A stretch of DNA of 64,000 nucleotides, from contig CAWFMD010000006.1 of assembly GCA_963816975.1 (NCBI GenBank), forward strand, positions 1,374,465 through 1,438,464. The letters are read 5' to 3'. The position numbers were made by a program, and so were the translations under genes. Under the pieces are notes generated by a model. It saw nothing but the letters and a program-made list of their open reading frames with translations, was not told the origin of the DNA and did not search any database. The DNA comes from an uncultured Solirubrobacterales bacterium (GTDB taxonomy: Bacteria > Actinomycetota > Thermoleophilia > Solirubrobacterales > JBBDJG01). Positions within the stretch are counted from its first letter, which is position 1; each line of letters begins with the position of its first letter. This document shows, piece by piece, positions 43,323-52,993 of this stretch.

Positions 43323-44570
43323 ATGGTGGATCCAAGCCCTTCGGGCCCCAGCAGGGGCCTCGCACGAACAACCGATGCTCGTACGCCAAGGCAGGCAGCC
43401 GCGCTCGCGGCTGGGCTGTTGTTGAGCGCCCTCGCGCTCATCGCCCTTGCTCCCGATGCGTCGCGCTCCGCATCGCTCCAGGCGATCCAGGCGAACATCA
43501 CCGAGAAGCAGGACGCGATCGAGAATGCGCAGGCGCAGGAGGGCGTGCTCACCGGCGACATCAGCGCGCTGTCCCGGCGAATCCGCACGCTCACGCGAGA
43601 GATCGGGTCGCTGCGCCGGCGTGAGGCGCGCGTCCAGAACACGCTCGACGCGCGGCGCGCGCAGCTCGCCCGTGTGCAGGCGCGCTACCAGGTCGAGCAC
43701 CGGCGATTCGTGCGCTTGCGCAGGGAGCTGCACCGCTCGCAGATCGTGCTGGCGCAGCGCCTGATCGAGATCTACAAGTCGGACCAGCCGGACATGCTGT
43801 CGGTGATCCTCGAGTCCGACGGCTTCAACGATCTGCTCGTGCGCGCCGACTACATGAGCGCGATCGGCGAGCAGGACTCCGTGATCGTCGACAAGGTGCG
43901 TGCCCTGAAGAAGAAGTCCGCGCAGAAGCGGCTGCTGCTCGTCGTGCTGAAGTCGCAGGCCGAGGTGGCGGTGCGGGTGATCGAGGCAAAGCAGCGCGAG
44001 CTCGAGCAGGCACGCGCGGCGATCCAGGCCAACGAAGCCGATCTCGCATCGGCGCGGCGCTACAAGTTCGGCAAGCTCGGCAACGTGAAGGCGCATCGCC
44101 ATGAGCTGGAGGGTGACCTGCGCGAGTTGCAGGCCGCGTCGGCCCAGGTGACGAACCAGCTGCAGGCCGGGGGCCCCGCGCCCGCGGGCCCGATCCGCCA
44201 GGGCGGAGGGGGGTACATCTGGCCGGTGAACGGCCCGGTCGTGTCGCCCTTCGGGATGCGCTGGGGGCGCCTGCACGCGGGCGTCGACATCGCGGTGCCG
44301 GCCGGCACGCCGATTCGGGCCGCGGCCAGCGGCACGGTCGCGATGGCGGGGTGGATGGGCGGCTACGGGCAGTACACGTGCATCCAGCACGGCGGTGGCG
44401 TCGCCACCTGCTACGCACACCAGTCGTCGATCGGGGTCGGCGCGGGCGCGAGCGTCAAGCAGGGCCAGGTGATCGGGTCGGTCGGTTGCACCGGTCACTG
44501 CTTCGGCGACCACCTGCACTTCGAGGTCCGGATCAACGGGTCCCCGGTGGACCCGATGGGCTACCTCTAG
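43323..44570 (+). CDS. M23 family metallopeptidase with N-terminal signal/anchor and coiled-coil region
   Basis: C-terminal LytM/M23 motifs HAGVDIAVPAGTPI and GHCFGDHLHFEV. Long heptad-like region before them. ATG 43323 sits behind GGAAAGAG. Confidence 0.85.
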   Translation: MVDPSPSGPSRGLARTTDARTPRQAAALAAGLLLSALALIALAPDASRSASLQAIQANITEKQDAIENAQAQEGVLTGDISALSRRIRTLTREIGSLRRREARVQNTLDARRAQLARVQARYQVEHRRFVRLRRELHRSQIVLAQRLIEIYKSDQPDMLSVILESDGFNDLLVRADYMSAIGEQDSVIVDKVRALKKKSAQKRLLLVVLKSQAEVAVRVIEAKQRELEQARAAIQANEADLASARRYKFGKLGNVKAHRHELEGDLRELQAASAQVTNQLQAGGPAPAGPIRQGGGGYIWPVNGPVVSPFGMRWGRLHAGVDIAVPAGTPIRAAASGTVAMAGWMGGYGQYTCIQHGGGVATCYAHQSSIGVGAGASVKQGQVIGSVGCTGHCFGDHLHFEVRINGSPVDPMGYL

Positions 44571-44964
44571 GCGCCGGCGGGGGGTGGCGCTCCGCCGCCG
44601 GCCAGCCTCATCAGCAGCTGGTCGAGCCATCCGCTGTCTCGCAGGCCGCGCACGATGTTGTGCTGCTCCGAGCGCACGGGATGCAGCGGCACCTGCGTCA
44701 GGTGACCGATCCGCTCCGCGTGAGCGCGGTCGAGTTGGTTGTCGGCCCCGTAGTAGACGTGCGCTGGGCGGAGTCCCGCACGAAAGCAGCCTTCAGCCCG
44801 AGCCGCGAGATGGTCCGGAACAGCTCGAAGGGGGGAGCTCCGAACGCCCGCCGGAGCCCACCGAAGACCACGACCATGTGCGGTGAGTCATGGTCGAGAT
44901 CGACGAGCATGCCGGCATCGGGGTTGCGAATCCCCTGCAAGATTGCGTTGTCGTTGCCCGGCAT
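44533..44964 (-). pseudogene. Frameshifted small gene of unknown family
   Basis: Frame A, 44964 down to about 44757: MPGNDNAILQ..HMVVVFGGL..PPFELFR..AAFVRDSAQR. Coding signal then continues in the -1 frame from about 44754 to TGA 44533-44535: YYGADNQLDRAHAERIGHLTQVPLHPVRSEQHNIVRGLRDSGWLDQLLMRL. That frame has very high third-position GC and no start codon of its own. Confidence 0.45.
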
Positions 44965-45004
44965 TGGCGTGCAGTATCGCGCCCAAGCGCGATAATCGCC
45001 GCCC

Positions 45005-45766
45005 GTGCAGCCCGAGATCCAGCTAGGCCCGCTCGAGCTGAAGACGTTCGGGCTGATGTTCGCGCTCGGCTTCCTGGCCGCGGGCGCGGTGATCGCGCGC
45101 CGTTTCCTGGAGCTCGAGAAGCCTGCCGACTGGGCGTACGAGATGACCTTCTCGGCGCTGCTCGGCGGCCTCGTGGGCGCGCGTGTCTACTACCTCGCCG
45201 AGAACTGGTCGGACGTCCACGACGACTTGCTCGGCAACGTCTTCTCCGGATCCGGGCTGGTGTGGTACGGGGGAGCGATCGGGGGCGCGCTCGCAGTGTT
45301 CGCGTGGGCGTGGTGGCGTGGGTTCCTGTCGCTCGCGTTGCTCGACGTGGCGGCGGTGCCGCTCGCCCTCGGATATGCGATCGGACGCGTGGGATGCCAG
45401 CTGTCGGGCGACGGCGACTACGGTCGCGCGTCCGACCTACCGTGGGCGATGTCGTACCCCGACGGGACGGTTCCGACCAACGAGCAGGTCCACCCGACAC
45501 CCGTCTACGAGACGCTCGCAATGGGACTGGTCGCCTGGCTGCTGTGGCAATGGCGCGACCGGTTCAGGCCCGGCGTGCTGTTCGCGCTCTACCTGGTGCT
45601 GGCTGGGCTGGAGCGCTTTCTGGTCGAGTTCGTACGGCGCAACGAGGACACGGTCGCCGGCCTCACGACGCCGCAGGTGGAGAGCCTCGTGCTGATGTGC
45701 GTGGGCGTCGCGTGGATCGTGGTGGTTCGCCACCGCAAGGGCGGGCTCTCGCCCCAGCCGGCCTGA
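45005..45766 (+). CDS. lgt: Prolipoprotein diacylglyceryl transferase
   Basis: FGLMFALGF, GARVYY, GGAIGG, GRVGCQLSGDG and TPVYE motifs. GTG start. Confidence 0.9.
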   Translation: MQPEIQLGPLELKTFGLMFALGFLAAGAVIARRFLELEKPADWAYEMTFSALLGGLVGARVYYLAENWSDVHDDLLGNVFSGSGLVWYGGAIGGALAVFAWAWWRGFLSLALLDVAAVPLALGYAIGRVGCQLSGDGDYGRASDLPWAMSYPDGTVPTNEQVHPTPVYETLAMGLVAWLLWQWRDRFRPGVLFALYLVLAGLERFLVEFVRRNEDTVAGLTTPQVESLVLMCVGVAWIVVVRHRKGGLSPQPA

Positions 45767-45784
45767 TCGATCGTCACACAGCCA

Positions 45785-45819
45785 GGCGACGACGACGCCT
45801 CCCGTCGATCGTCGTCGCC
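45785..45819 (+). terminator. Hairpin terminator after lgt (GGCGACGACGA-13 nt-TCGTCGTCGCC, followed by CTTTCCC)
   Basis: 11-bp perfect stem starting 19 nt after the lgt stop, with a short T-containing tail. Confidence 0.5.
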
Positions 45820-45884
45820 CTTTCCCGGGCATCCTCCCTGTCCTCTACATAGCACCGACGCAGCCGCCTGGGGCGCGGGTTCGC

Positions 45885-46628
45885 CTACATCACTCGGGCG
45901 AGCCAGCGCAGCGACTCGCCCTGCAGCTCTGCGTCGTGCTGGGCCGAGCGGTGGTCGCCGCCCTCGAGCAGGACCAGGCGCTTGGGCTCGGAGGCCAGCT
46001 CGAAGAGCTGCTCCGAGTGCGTGTAGGGGACGACTTCGTCACCGCGCGCGTGGATCAGCAGCAGCGGCTTGGAGCCCATCCGCTGGACGGCCTCGCCGAC
46101 GTCACTGGTCTCCAGCCAGCCGGCGAGTGAGGGGGCGTCGATCCGCATCTCCGCCAGCGCGCTCCCCGCCGCCGCCGGCTTTCCCTCTGCGATTCGTCGC
46201 ACGTCGGCGGCCAGCATCCACTCGGCGGCCGGGCAGATCGCGACGACGGCCGCGACGCGCCGGCTGGCCGCTCCCGCATGGATTGCCATCAGTCCGCCCA
46301 TGCTGGAGCCACGCGCCGCGACCCTGCGTTCGTCCACCTCGGGCCGCGCGGCGAGCCACTCCGCGAGCAGGCGCAGGTCGTCCACGACCGTGGGGTCGAG
46401 GTCGCCGTCCGTCTCCCCGTGGCCGCGGTTGTCGAACGTCAGCGCCACGAAGCCGTGGTTCACGGCGGCGCGCGCGAAGTCCGCGTGATTCTCCTTGCGC
46501 GAGCCTGCACCGTGCATGACCATCACGGCGGGCCACGGTCCTGTCCCGGCAGGGCGCCACAGGCACCACGCGATGCCCGCGAGGCTGCCCGTCTCGTCCG
46601 GCGGCTGGATGTTCAACTCTGCGGTCAT
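45885..46628 (-). CDS. Alpha/beta hydrolase (dienelactone hydrolase / S9-like)
   Basis: VMVMHGAGS, nucleophile elbow GSSMGG, HARGDEVVP (Asp), GGDHRS (His). ATG 46628 (MTAELNIQ). Confidence 0.85.
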   Translation of the reverse strand: MTAELNIQPPDETGSLAGIAWCLWRPAGTGPWPAVMVMHGAGSRKENHADFARAAVNHGFVALTFDNRGHGETDGDLDPTVVDDLRLLAEWLAARPEVDERRVAARGSSMGGLMAIHAGAASRRVAAVVAICPAAEWMLAADVRRIAEGKPAAAGSALAEMRIDAPSLAGWLETSDVGEAVQRMGSKPLLLIHARGDEVVPYTHSEQLFELASEPKRLVLLEGGDHRSAQHDAELQGESLRWLARVM

Positions 46629-46629
46629 A

Positions 46630-47916
46630 ATGCGCGGCAGTATGGCGGCTACCGCTCTCAGCCACGCGTACCCGCTCGGAGCGCGCGTGAACGACCGCGG
46701 CCACCTCGAGGTGGGGGGCTGTGACGTCGTCGAGCTGGCCGAGCGCCACGGCACGCCCGCGTACATCTACGACGAGGACGACATCCGCGCCCGGGCGCGA
46801 GCGTACCTCGAGGCGTTCCGGTCGCGGACCGACGACTTCGAGGTGATCTATGCCTCCAAGGCGCTGCCCATCACTGCGGCCTACGAGGTCGTGGCGGACG
46901 AGGGTCTGTCGGTGGACGTCGCCTCCGGCGGCGAGCTGCATCTCGCGCTGCGAGCCGGCGTCCGTCCAAAGCGGCTCTTCATGCACGGCAACAACAAGAC
47001 CGAGGCCGAGCTGCGGATGGCATTCGATGCGGGCATCGGCTACCTCGTGCTGGACTCGTTCGAGGAGATCGAGCGAGCAGAGCGCCTGGCGCCCCGGACC
47101 CAGGACGTCCTGATCCGCGTCACTCCCGGCATCAAGCCCTCGACCCACAGCTATGTGCAGACGGGCCAGCTGGACTCCAAGTTCGGCTTCGGCCTGTCTG
47201 ACGGGCGCGCCACGGAGGCCGTGCGGCGCGTACGCGCCGCGCGGCGGCTCAAGCTCGTCGGCGTGCATGCGCACATCGGCTCCAACATCTTCGAGCTGGA
47301 GCCGTACACCCGCACGATCGAGCTGCTCGCCGACTTCGTCGACTTCGAGTGTCACCTGCTGAACGTCGGCGGCGGGCTCGGCATCGCCTACACCGCCGAG
47401 CAGGAGCCCGCTTCGATCGAGGACTACGTCGACGTCAAGGTGAAGGGCGTGCAGGCCGCGTTCGACCCGGTGCCCCGCGTGCTGATCGAGCCGGGCCGCT
47501 CGCTGGTCGGAAACGCCGGGATCACCGTTTACCGCATCGGCACCATCAAGGAGATCCCGGGAGTGCGCACATACGTGGCCGTGGACGGCGGGATGTCGGA
47601 CAACCTGCGCCCGATGCTCTATGACGCGCGCTATGACGCCGCGCTCGCGGACCGGCCCGACGCGATGGGCACGCAGCTCGCGACGATCGCCGGCATGCAC
47701 TGCGAGTCCGGCGACATCCTGATCAAGGAGGTCGCACTGCCGGACCCGCAGGTCGGGGACCTGCTGGTGACGCCCGCGACGGGCGCGTACGGGTATGCGA
47801 TGGCGAACAACTACAACGGGGTGCCGCGACCGCCGGTGATCTTCTGCCGAAATGGCGAAGCGCGCGTCGTCGTGCGGCGCGAGACCTACGAGGACCTGAC
47901 GGCGCGCGACGTATGA
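46630..47916 (+). CDS. lysA: Diaminopimelate decarboxylase
   Basis: GTPAYIYDED, YASKA (PLP Lys), HIGSNI, GGGLGIAY, EPGRSLVGNAG and CESGD. The start is ATG 46630 or ATG 46642. Confidence 0.9.
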   Translation: MRGSMAATALSHAYPLGARVNDRGHLEVGGCDVVELAERHGTPAYIYDEDDIRARARAYLEAFRSRTDDFEVIYASKALPITAAYEVVADEGLSVDVASGGELHLALRAGVRPKRLFMHGNNKTEAELRMAFDAGIGYLVLDSFEEIERAERLAPRTQDVLIRVTPGIKPSTHSYVQTGQLDSKFGFGLSDGRATEAVRRVRAARRLKLVGVHAHIGSNIFELEPYTRTIELLADFVDFECHLLNVGGGLGIAYTAEQEPASIEDYVDVKVKGVQAAFDPVPRVLIEPGRSLVGNAGITVYRIGTIKEIPGVRTYVAVDGGMSDNLRPMLYDARYDAALADRPDAMGTQLATIAGMHCESGDILIKEVALPDPQVGDLLVTPATGAYGYAMANNYNGVPRPPVIFCRNGEARVVVRRETYEDLTARDV

Positions 47917-49148
47917 CGGCCGCGCCTTTCCGCGTCGGCCTGCTCGGTCACGGAACGGTCGGTGCGGCGTTCGACTCACTCCTCGCCGAGCGCGCCGGTG
48001 CGATCGCCGCGGCGACGGGCCGCCGACCCGAGCTCGCCGGAGTGCTGACACGCGCGCGCGGGTCATTCGACGAGATCCTGCGGTCCTCCGACGCGATCGT
48101 CGAGCTGATCGGCGGCATCGAGCCCGCCCGCGAGTACGCGCTGCGCACGCTGGAGGCGGGCAAGCCGCTGGTGACCGCCAACAAGCAGCTGCTCTCACAG
48201 CATGGCGACGAGCTGTTCGCCGCGGCGCGCGCCGGCGCGGCACAGCTGCGCTACGAGGCGGCGGTCGCGGGCGTGGTCCCGGTGATCCGCGTGATGCGCG
48301 AGTCGTTTGCCGGCGCCCACATCGAGAAGGTGCACGGCATCGTGAACGGAACGACGAACTTCATCCTCAGCGAGATGGCACGCACGGGTGCGTCCTATGA
48401 GGACGTCCTGAGGCGCGCGCAGGATCTGGGCTACGCGGAGGCGGACCCCACGGAGGACGTGAACGGCAAGGACGCGGCCGCCAAGATGGCGATCCTGGGA
48501 CGGCTCGCGTTCCACGCGGAGGTGACGCTCGCCGACGTTCCCTTCGAGGGCATCGAGCAGATCACCTCGGACGACCTCGACTACGCCAAGGAGTTCGGCC
48601 TGGTGCTGAAGCTGCTGGGCGTGGCCGAGCGCCGCGACGGCGGCGTCAGCGTGCGCGTCTTCCCCGCCTTCCTGTATGGCGGGCACCCGCTCGCCGCGGT
48701 GGTCGGCCCGTTCAACGCGGTCACGCTGGAGTCGGAGGCGATCACCGAGGTGACGCTCTCGGGACCGGGCGCGGGGGGGCCGCAGACTGCGTCGGCCGTG
48801 CTCGGCGACGTGGTCTCGGTGATGAGCTCGGCGGGCATGGCGCTGGACCCGATCGAGCAGCCGCGCTTCCTGCCCGAGGAGGAGGTGGAGTCCGCGTTCT
48901 ACCTCTACCTCGAAGTCGAGGACCGCCCCGGGGTGCTCGCGCAGGTCGCCCAGGTGCTCGGGGATCACGAGGTCAGCGTGAAGAGCGTCGTGCAGAAGGG
49001 CATCGGCGAGAACGCGCGCCTCGTGATGGTGATGCACCGGGTCGCGGAGGGCCGCTTCCGCAGCGCGCTGGATGTCATCTCCGGGCTCGAGTTCCTGCGC
49101 TCGCGGCCGCGCTCGATCCGGGTGATCGAGGAGGAGTTCGTCTCATGA
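47913..49148 (+). CDS. hom: Homoserine dehydrogenase
   Basis: [27 protein letters not shown]-terminal ACT domain. ATGA overlap with the lysA stop. Confidence 0.95.
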   Translation: MTAAPFRVGLLGHGTVGAAFDSLLAERAGAIAAATGRRPELAGVLTRARGSFDEILRSSDAIVELIGGIEPAREYALRTLEAGKPLVTANKQLLSQHGDELFAAARAGAAQLRYEAAVAGVVPVIRVMRESFAGAHIEKVHGIVNGTTNFILSEMARTGASYEDVLRRAQDLGYAEADPTEDVNGKDAAAKMAILGRLAFHAEVTLADVPFEGIEQITSDDLDYAKEFGLVLKLLGVAERRDGGVSVRVFPAFLYGGHPLAAVVGPFNAVTLESEAITEVTLSGPGAGGPQTASAVLGDVVSVMSSAGMALDPIEQPRFLPEEEVESAFYLYLEVEDRPGVLAQVAQVLGDHEVSVKSVVQKGIGENARLVMVMHRVAEGRFRSALDVISGLEFLRSRPRSIRVIEEEFVS

Positions 49149-49161
49149 GGAGGGGCTATTC

Positions 49162-50199
49162 GTGAGTGAGATGACGGCGGCGGGCCGAGTCCCCCTGATC
49201 GAGCGTTACCGCGACCGCCTGCCGGTCGCAGCGGACACTCCTGTCGTGTCGCTGATGGAGGGCTCCACTCCGCTGATCCACGCGCCGCGGCTGTCTGAGC
49301 GCATCGGCGTCGAGACGCACCTCAAGTTCGAGGGCATGAACCCGACCGGCAGCTTCAAGGACCGGGGCATGACGCTCGCGGTGTCGTGGGCCAAGGCCAA
49401 GGGGGCGGAGGCGATCATCTGTGCCTCGACGGGCAACACGGCCGCCAGCGCCGCGGCCTATGCGGCGCGCGCGGGCATGCGGGGTGCGGTGATCGTGCCG
49501 GAGGGCAAGATCGCGCGCGGCAAGCTGGCCCAGGCGGTGATGCACGGCGCCCGCGTGATCTCGCTGCGCGGCAACTTCGACCAGGCGCTGGAGCTGGTGA
49601 AGCAGATCGTCGAGCGCCAGCCGGTGGAGCTCGTCAACTCCATCAACCCCTACCGGATCGAGGGCCAGAAGACCGCGGCGTTCGAGGTTTGTGACGAGCT
49701 GGGTGCCGCGCCCGACGCGCTCGCGATCCCGGTCGGGAACGCGGGCAACATCACGGCCTGGTGGCAGGGCTTCGTCGAGTACGGGCAGGGCAGGCCACAT
49801 TTGTACGGGTATCAGGCCGAGGGCGCCGCGCCGATCGTGCTCGGCCACCGCGTCGAGCACCCGGAGACCGTCGCGTCCGCGATTCGCATCGGCAACCCGG
49901 CCCGCTGGAAGGAGGCGGAGGCCGCGCTGGACGACTCCGGCGGGAGCATCTCCGCTGTCCGTGACGCGGAGATCCTGGACGCGCAGCGCTGGCTGGCGTC
50001 GAGTGAGGGCGTGTTCTGCGAGCCCGCCTCGGCCGCGTGCATCGCGGGAGTGCTGAAGTCGCCGCCGGCGCACGCGGCGCTGCTGGTGTGCGTGCTGACC
50101 GGCCACGGGCTGAAGGACCCGGAGACGGCGCTGGCCGCGGTCGAGGTCACGGTCTGCGACCCCGACTACGCCGCGGTCGAGCGCGCGGTGCTCGGCTGA
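49162..50199 (+). CDS. thrC: Threonine synthase
   Basis: PLP motif [16 protein letters not shown] and [17 protein letters not shown] lies 5-6 nt before GTG 49162. Confidence 0.95.
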   Translation: MSEMTAAGRVPLIERYRDRLPVAADTPVVSLMEGSTPLIHAPRLSERIGVETHLKFEGMNPTGSFKDRGMTLAVSWAKAKGAEAIICASTGNTAASAAAYAARAGMRGAVIVPEGKIARGKLAQAVMHGARVISLRGNFDQALELVKQIVERQPVELVNSINPYRIEGQKTAAFEVCDELGAAPDALAIPVGNAGNITAWWQGFVEYGQGRPHLYGYQAEGAAPIVLGHRVEHPETVASAIRIGNPARWKEAEAALDDSGGSISAVRDAEILDAQRWLASSEGVFCEPASAACIAGVLKSPPAHAALLVCVLTGHGLKDPETALAAVEVTVCDPDYAAVERAVLG

Positions 50200-51062
50200 T
50201 GGGACGCCGCCGCCGGGTGCGCGTGCCCGGCTCGTCGGCGAACCTCGGGCCCGGCTTCGACGCGATGGCCGCCGCCGTGTCGGTCCACCTCGAGCTGGAG
50301 GTCGAGGAGACCGGCACGTTTGCCGTGGACCCCGGCGACGCCGGGCTGCCCGCCGGCGCGGACAACCTGTGCGTGCGCGCGTTCGCGCAGCTGCATCCCG
50401 TCGACGGCCTGAGCTTCAAGGTGCGCTCGGAGATCCCGCTGGAGGCGGGCCTGGGATCGAGCGGCGCGGCGATCGTCGCCGGGCTGGTGGCGGCGGACCA
50501 CATGTACGAGCTCGCGCTGGAGCGCGACGAGCTGATGGGCCATGCGGCCGCGGTCGAGGGGCATCCCGACAACGTGGCCGCGTCGCTGTATGGGAGCTTT
50601 GTGATCTGCGCGAACGGATCGGTCACGGTGATCGAGCCACCGGCGGGGCTGGAGGCGGTCGCGGTGGTGCCCGCCGAGGCGGTGCCGACGGGCGCGGCCC
50701 GTGCAGCGCTCCCCGACCAGGTGCCGCTGGCGGACGCGACTTTCAACGTCGCGCGGGCGGCGACGCTGGCACTGGGGCTTGCCCGCGGCGACCTCGCGGA
50801 GATCGCGCGCGGCCTCGACGATCGCCTGCACCAGCCACACCGGCGGCGGCTCTACCCGCGGTCGATGGAGCTGGTCGAGCGCGCGGCCGAGCTGGGCGCG
50901 CTGGGTGCCACGATCTCCGGCGCCGGCCCGAGCGTGCTGTTCTGGGTGTTCTTCGAGCAGACCGGCGCGCTCGTGGAGCGGCTCCGCGCGGAGGTCGATG
51001 GCTGGGCCGACATCCGGCGGCTCAACTTCGTCGCGCTGGGCGCGGACGTCGCCGAGCTGTAA
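50199..51062 (+). CDS. thrB: Homoserine kinase
   Basis: VPGSSANLGPGFD and GHMP kinase motif PLEAGLGSSGAAIVAG. ATG 50199 overlaps the thrC TGA by 1 nt. Confidence 0.9.
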   Translation: MGRRRRVRVPGSSANLGPGFDAMAAAVSVHLELEVEETGTFAVDPGDAGLPAGADNLCVRAFAQLHPVDGLSFKVRSEIPLEAGLGSSGAAIVAGLVAADHMYELALERDELMGHAAAVEGHPDNVAASLYGSFVICANGSVTVIEPPAGLEAVAVVPAEAVPTGAARAALPDQVPLADATFNVARAATLALGLARGDLAEIARGLDDRLHQPHRRRLYPRSMELVERAAELGALGATISGAGPSVLFWVFFEQTGALVERLRAEVDGWADIRRLNFVALGADVAEL

Positions 51063-51080
51063 GGCGCCCCCGCCCCCCGC

Positions 51081-51119
51081 GTGTGCAGATGAGCGCGCAT
51101 AGCGCGCTCATCTGCACAC
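51081..51119. terminator. Perfect 18-bp-stem hairpin (GTGTGCAGATGAGCGCGC-ATA-GCGCGCTCATCTGCACAC) between convergent genes
   Basis: Lies between the thrB stop (51062) and the stop of the convergent SDR gene (51119-51121). No U-tract on either side. Confidence 0.55.
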
Positions 51120-51994
51120 TAAGGGCGGGCGGCGGAGCTTTCGGCCGCGGCGGCCGGGCCGTCGCCGGCCACCTCGGCCTCGGTCAGCCGCACCGCCTCC
51201 GCGATCTTGGCGCGGTTGCCGCGCTGGCTGAGCGGCTGAAGCACTCCCCGCAGCCAGGTCATGGGAAGCACCCAGCGGGGCGCATAGACCTTGTCGGCGC
51301 GGCGCGACACGCCGCGCTCGATCGCCCTGCCGGCCGCCGCCAGTGGCGCGGTGCCGCCAAACGGGCCCGGTGTGGCGTCGCGCAGCAGCTGGGCGGCCGG
51401 GCTGTCGAGACCCTCGCGCACCATGTCGGTGTCGATGAAGCTGAAGTAGGCCACGCCGACGCGCGCGCCGGTGTGGGCGATCTCGGCGCGCAGGCTGTCC
51501 GCGAACGCCTCGACGCCGGCCTTGGTCGCGGCGTAGTGGGCGAGCATCGGCGGGTGCAGCGCCGCGGCCAGCGACGCGATCGGCAGGATGTAGCCCTGTC
51601 GCGCGATCACGTGCGGCAGCGTTGCGCGCACCGTGCGCCACACTCCGATCAGATTCACCTCGATCGTGCGCTCGAACGCGGCCGGGTCGATCGTCGCCAC
51701 CGTGCCGAACGGCGCGATCCCGGCGTTGGCGATCACGACGTCGATGCCGCCGAAGCGCTCGACGGTCTCGGCGACTGCGCGGTCGAGCGCCGCGCGGTCG
51801 GTGACGTCTGCCTCGAACCACGCCGCCTGGGCGCCGATGCCCTCGGCGACCTGTCGCAACAGGTCCGGCTCCAGCCCGACGAGCGACACCCGCGCCCCCC
51901 GCTGCGCCAGCCGCTGCGCCGCCTCGGCGCCGATGCCGCGGGCGCCGCCGGTGATCAGCACGACCTTGTCGCGGATTTCGTAGCTGCCGGCCAT
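51119..51994 (-). CDS. SDR family oxidoreductase
   Basis: LITGGARGIGAE, NAGI and YAATK (YxxxK). Confidence 0.9.
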   Translation of the reverse strand: MAGSYEIRDKVVLITGGARGIGAEAAQRLAQRGARVSLVGLEPDLLRQVAEGIGAQAAWFEADVTDRAALDRAVAETVERFGGIDVVIANAGIAPFGTVATIDPAAFERTIEVNLIGVWRTVRATLPHVIARQGYILPIASLAAALHPPMLAHYAATKAGVEAFADSLRAEIAHTGARVGVAYFSFIDTDMVREGLDSPAAQLLRDATPGPFGGTAPLAAAGRAIERGVSRRADKVYAPRWVLPMTWLRGVLQPLSQRGNRAKIAEAVRLTEAEVAGDGPAAAAESSAARP

Positions 51995-51997
51995 CGG

Positions 51998-52846
51998 CTA
52001 CGCCGCGTCGGAGGTGCGCGCCGAGACCGGCGCCGTGGTCACCATCTCCTCGCGCAGCGCCCGCAGCCGCTCGCGCGACTCCTCGTCGTCGAGCCGCGCC
52101 AGCAGCTCGTCCGCGAGGCGGATGTAGTCGCCGCCCAGCTCGGGGCGGTAGTCGAGGATCGACACGCCGCGCTCTGCGGACTCGGGATACCGCACCGATC
52201 GCCGGATCACTGTGGTGAAGACCTTGTCGCCGAAGCTCTCGCGCATGTTCGCCAGCGTCTCGCGCGTGTGGACCATGCGCATGTCGGCCATGTTCAGCAC
52301 CACGCCGAGCCACTGGAGGCCCTCGTTGAGGTTCTCGCGCGCCAGCTCCATCACCTCCAGCACCTGCTCCACGCCCTGCAGTGAGAAGTACTCGCCCTCG
52401 GCGCTGACGAGCGCGTGGGTTGCGGCGACGAGCGCGTTGACGGTCAGCAGCCCGAGCGCCGGCGGGCAGTCGATCACGACCAGATCGTGCTGGCGGCGCG
52501 ACTCCCGCAGCGCGTGCTTGAGCGTCAGCTCGCGTCCCATCTTGCCACTCAGCACCAGCTCCGCCTCCGCCAGGCCGAGGTTCGCGGGGATCATGTTCTT
52601 GTGGATCGCGTCGACGGCGCGGGCGCGCCCCGCGAGCACCTCGCCGATCGTCGGGGAGGCGTCGGGATCCACGTCGAAGTAGTCCGACAGGTTCCCCTGC
52701 GGGTCGAGGTCGACCGCGAGCACGTCCAGGCCGACGCGCCGCAGCACGTCGGTGAGCGTCCTGACCATGGTCGTCTTGCCGGTACCACCCTTCTGGGAGA
52801 GCACCGTCACGACGGGACATGGCGAGGGGAGGATGGTCGGGCTCAC
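51998..52846 (-). CDS. ParA/MinD-family P-loop ATPase (orphan ParA-like)
   Basis: Deviant Walker A SQKGGTGKTT, VDLDPQGN, and Walker B VVIDCPP. GTG 52846 chosen (AGGA 9-12 nt upstream); the track ORF extends to 53005. Confidence 0.85.
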   Translation of the reverse strand: MSPTILPSPCPVVTVLSQKGGTGKTTMVRTLTDVLRRVGLDVLAVDLDPQGNLSDYFDVDPDASPTIGEVLAGRARAVDAIHKNMIPANLGLAEAELVLSGKMGRELTLKHALRESRRQHDLVVIDCPPALGLLTVNALVAATHALVSAEGEYFSLQGVEQVLEVMELARENLNEGLQWLGVVLNMADMRMVHTRETLANMRESFGDKVFTTVIRRSVRYPESAERGVSILDYRPELGGDYIRLADELLARLDDEESRERLRALREEMVTTAPVSARTSDAA

Positions 52847-52987
52847 GACCGTTTCATCCTGCCTGTGATCGGGCCCGGATCGCACGGCGGCAAGCCGTGC
52901 GGCCGGAGATTTTCCCGCAAATTCCGATAAGAACGCCTTCCTCCGGCTCGCCGCTCCGGCGAGTCGTTCCGCGACTGGGCTGCGGAC

Positions 52988-52993
52988 TATAAT
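52988..52993 (+). promoter_or_regulatory. Perfect TATAAT hexamer 62 nt upstream of gltB (candidate -10 box)
   Basis: GGACTATAATTCC stands out in an otherwise GC-rich divergent intergenic region. No convincing -35 hexamer seen. Confidence 0.25.
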
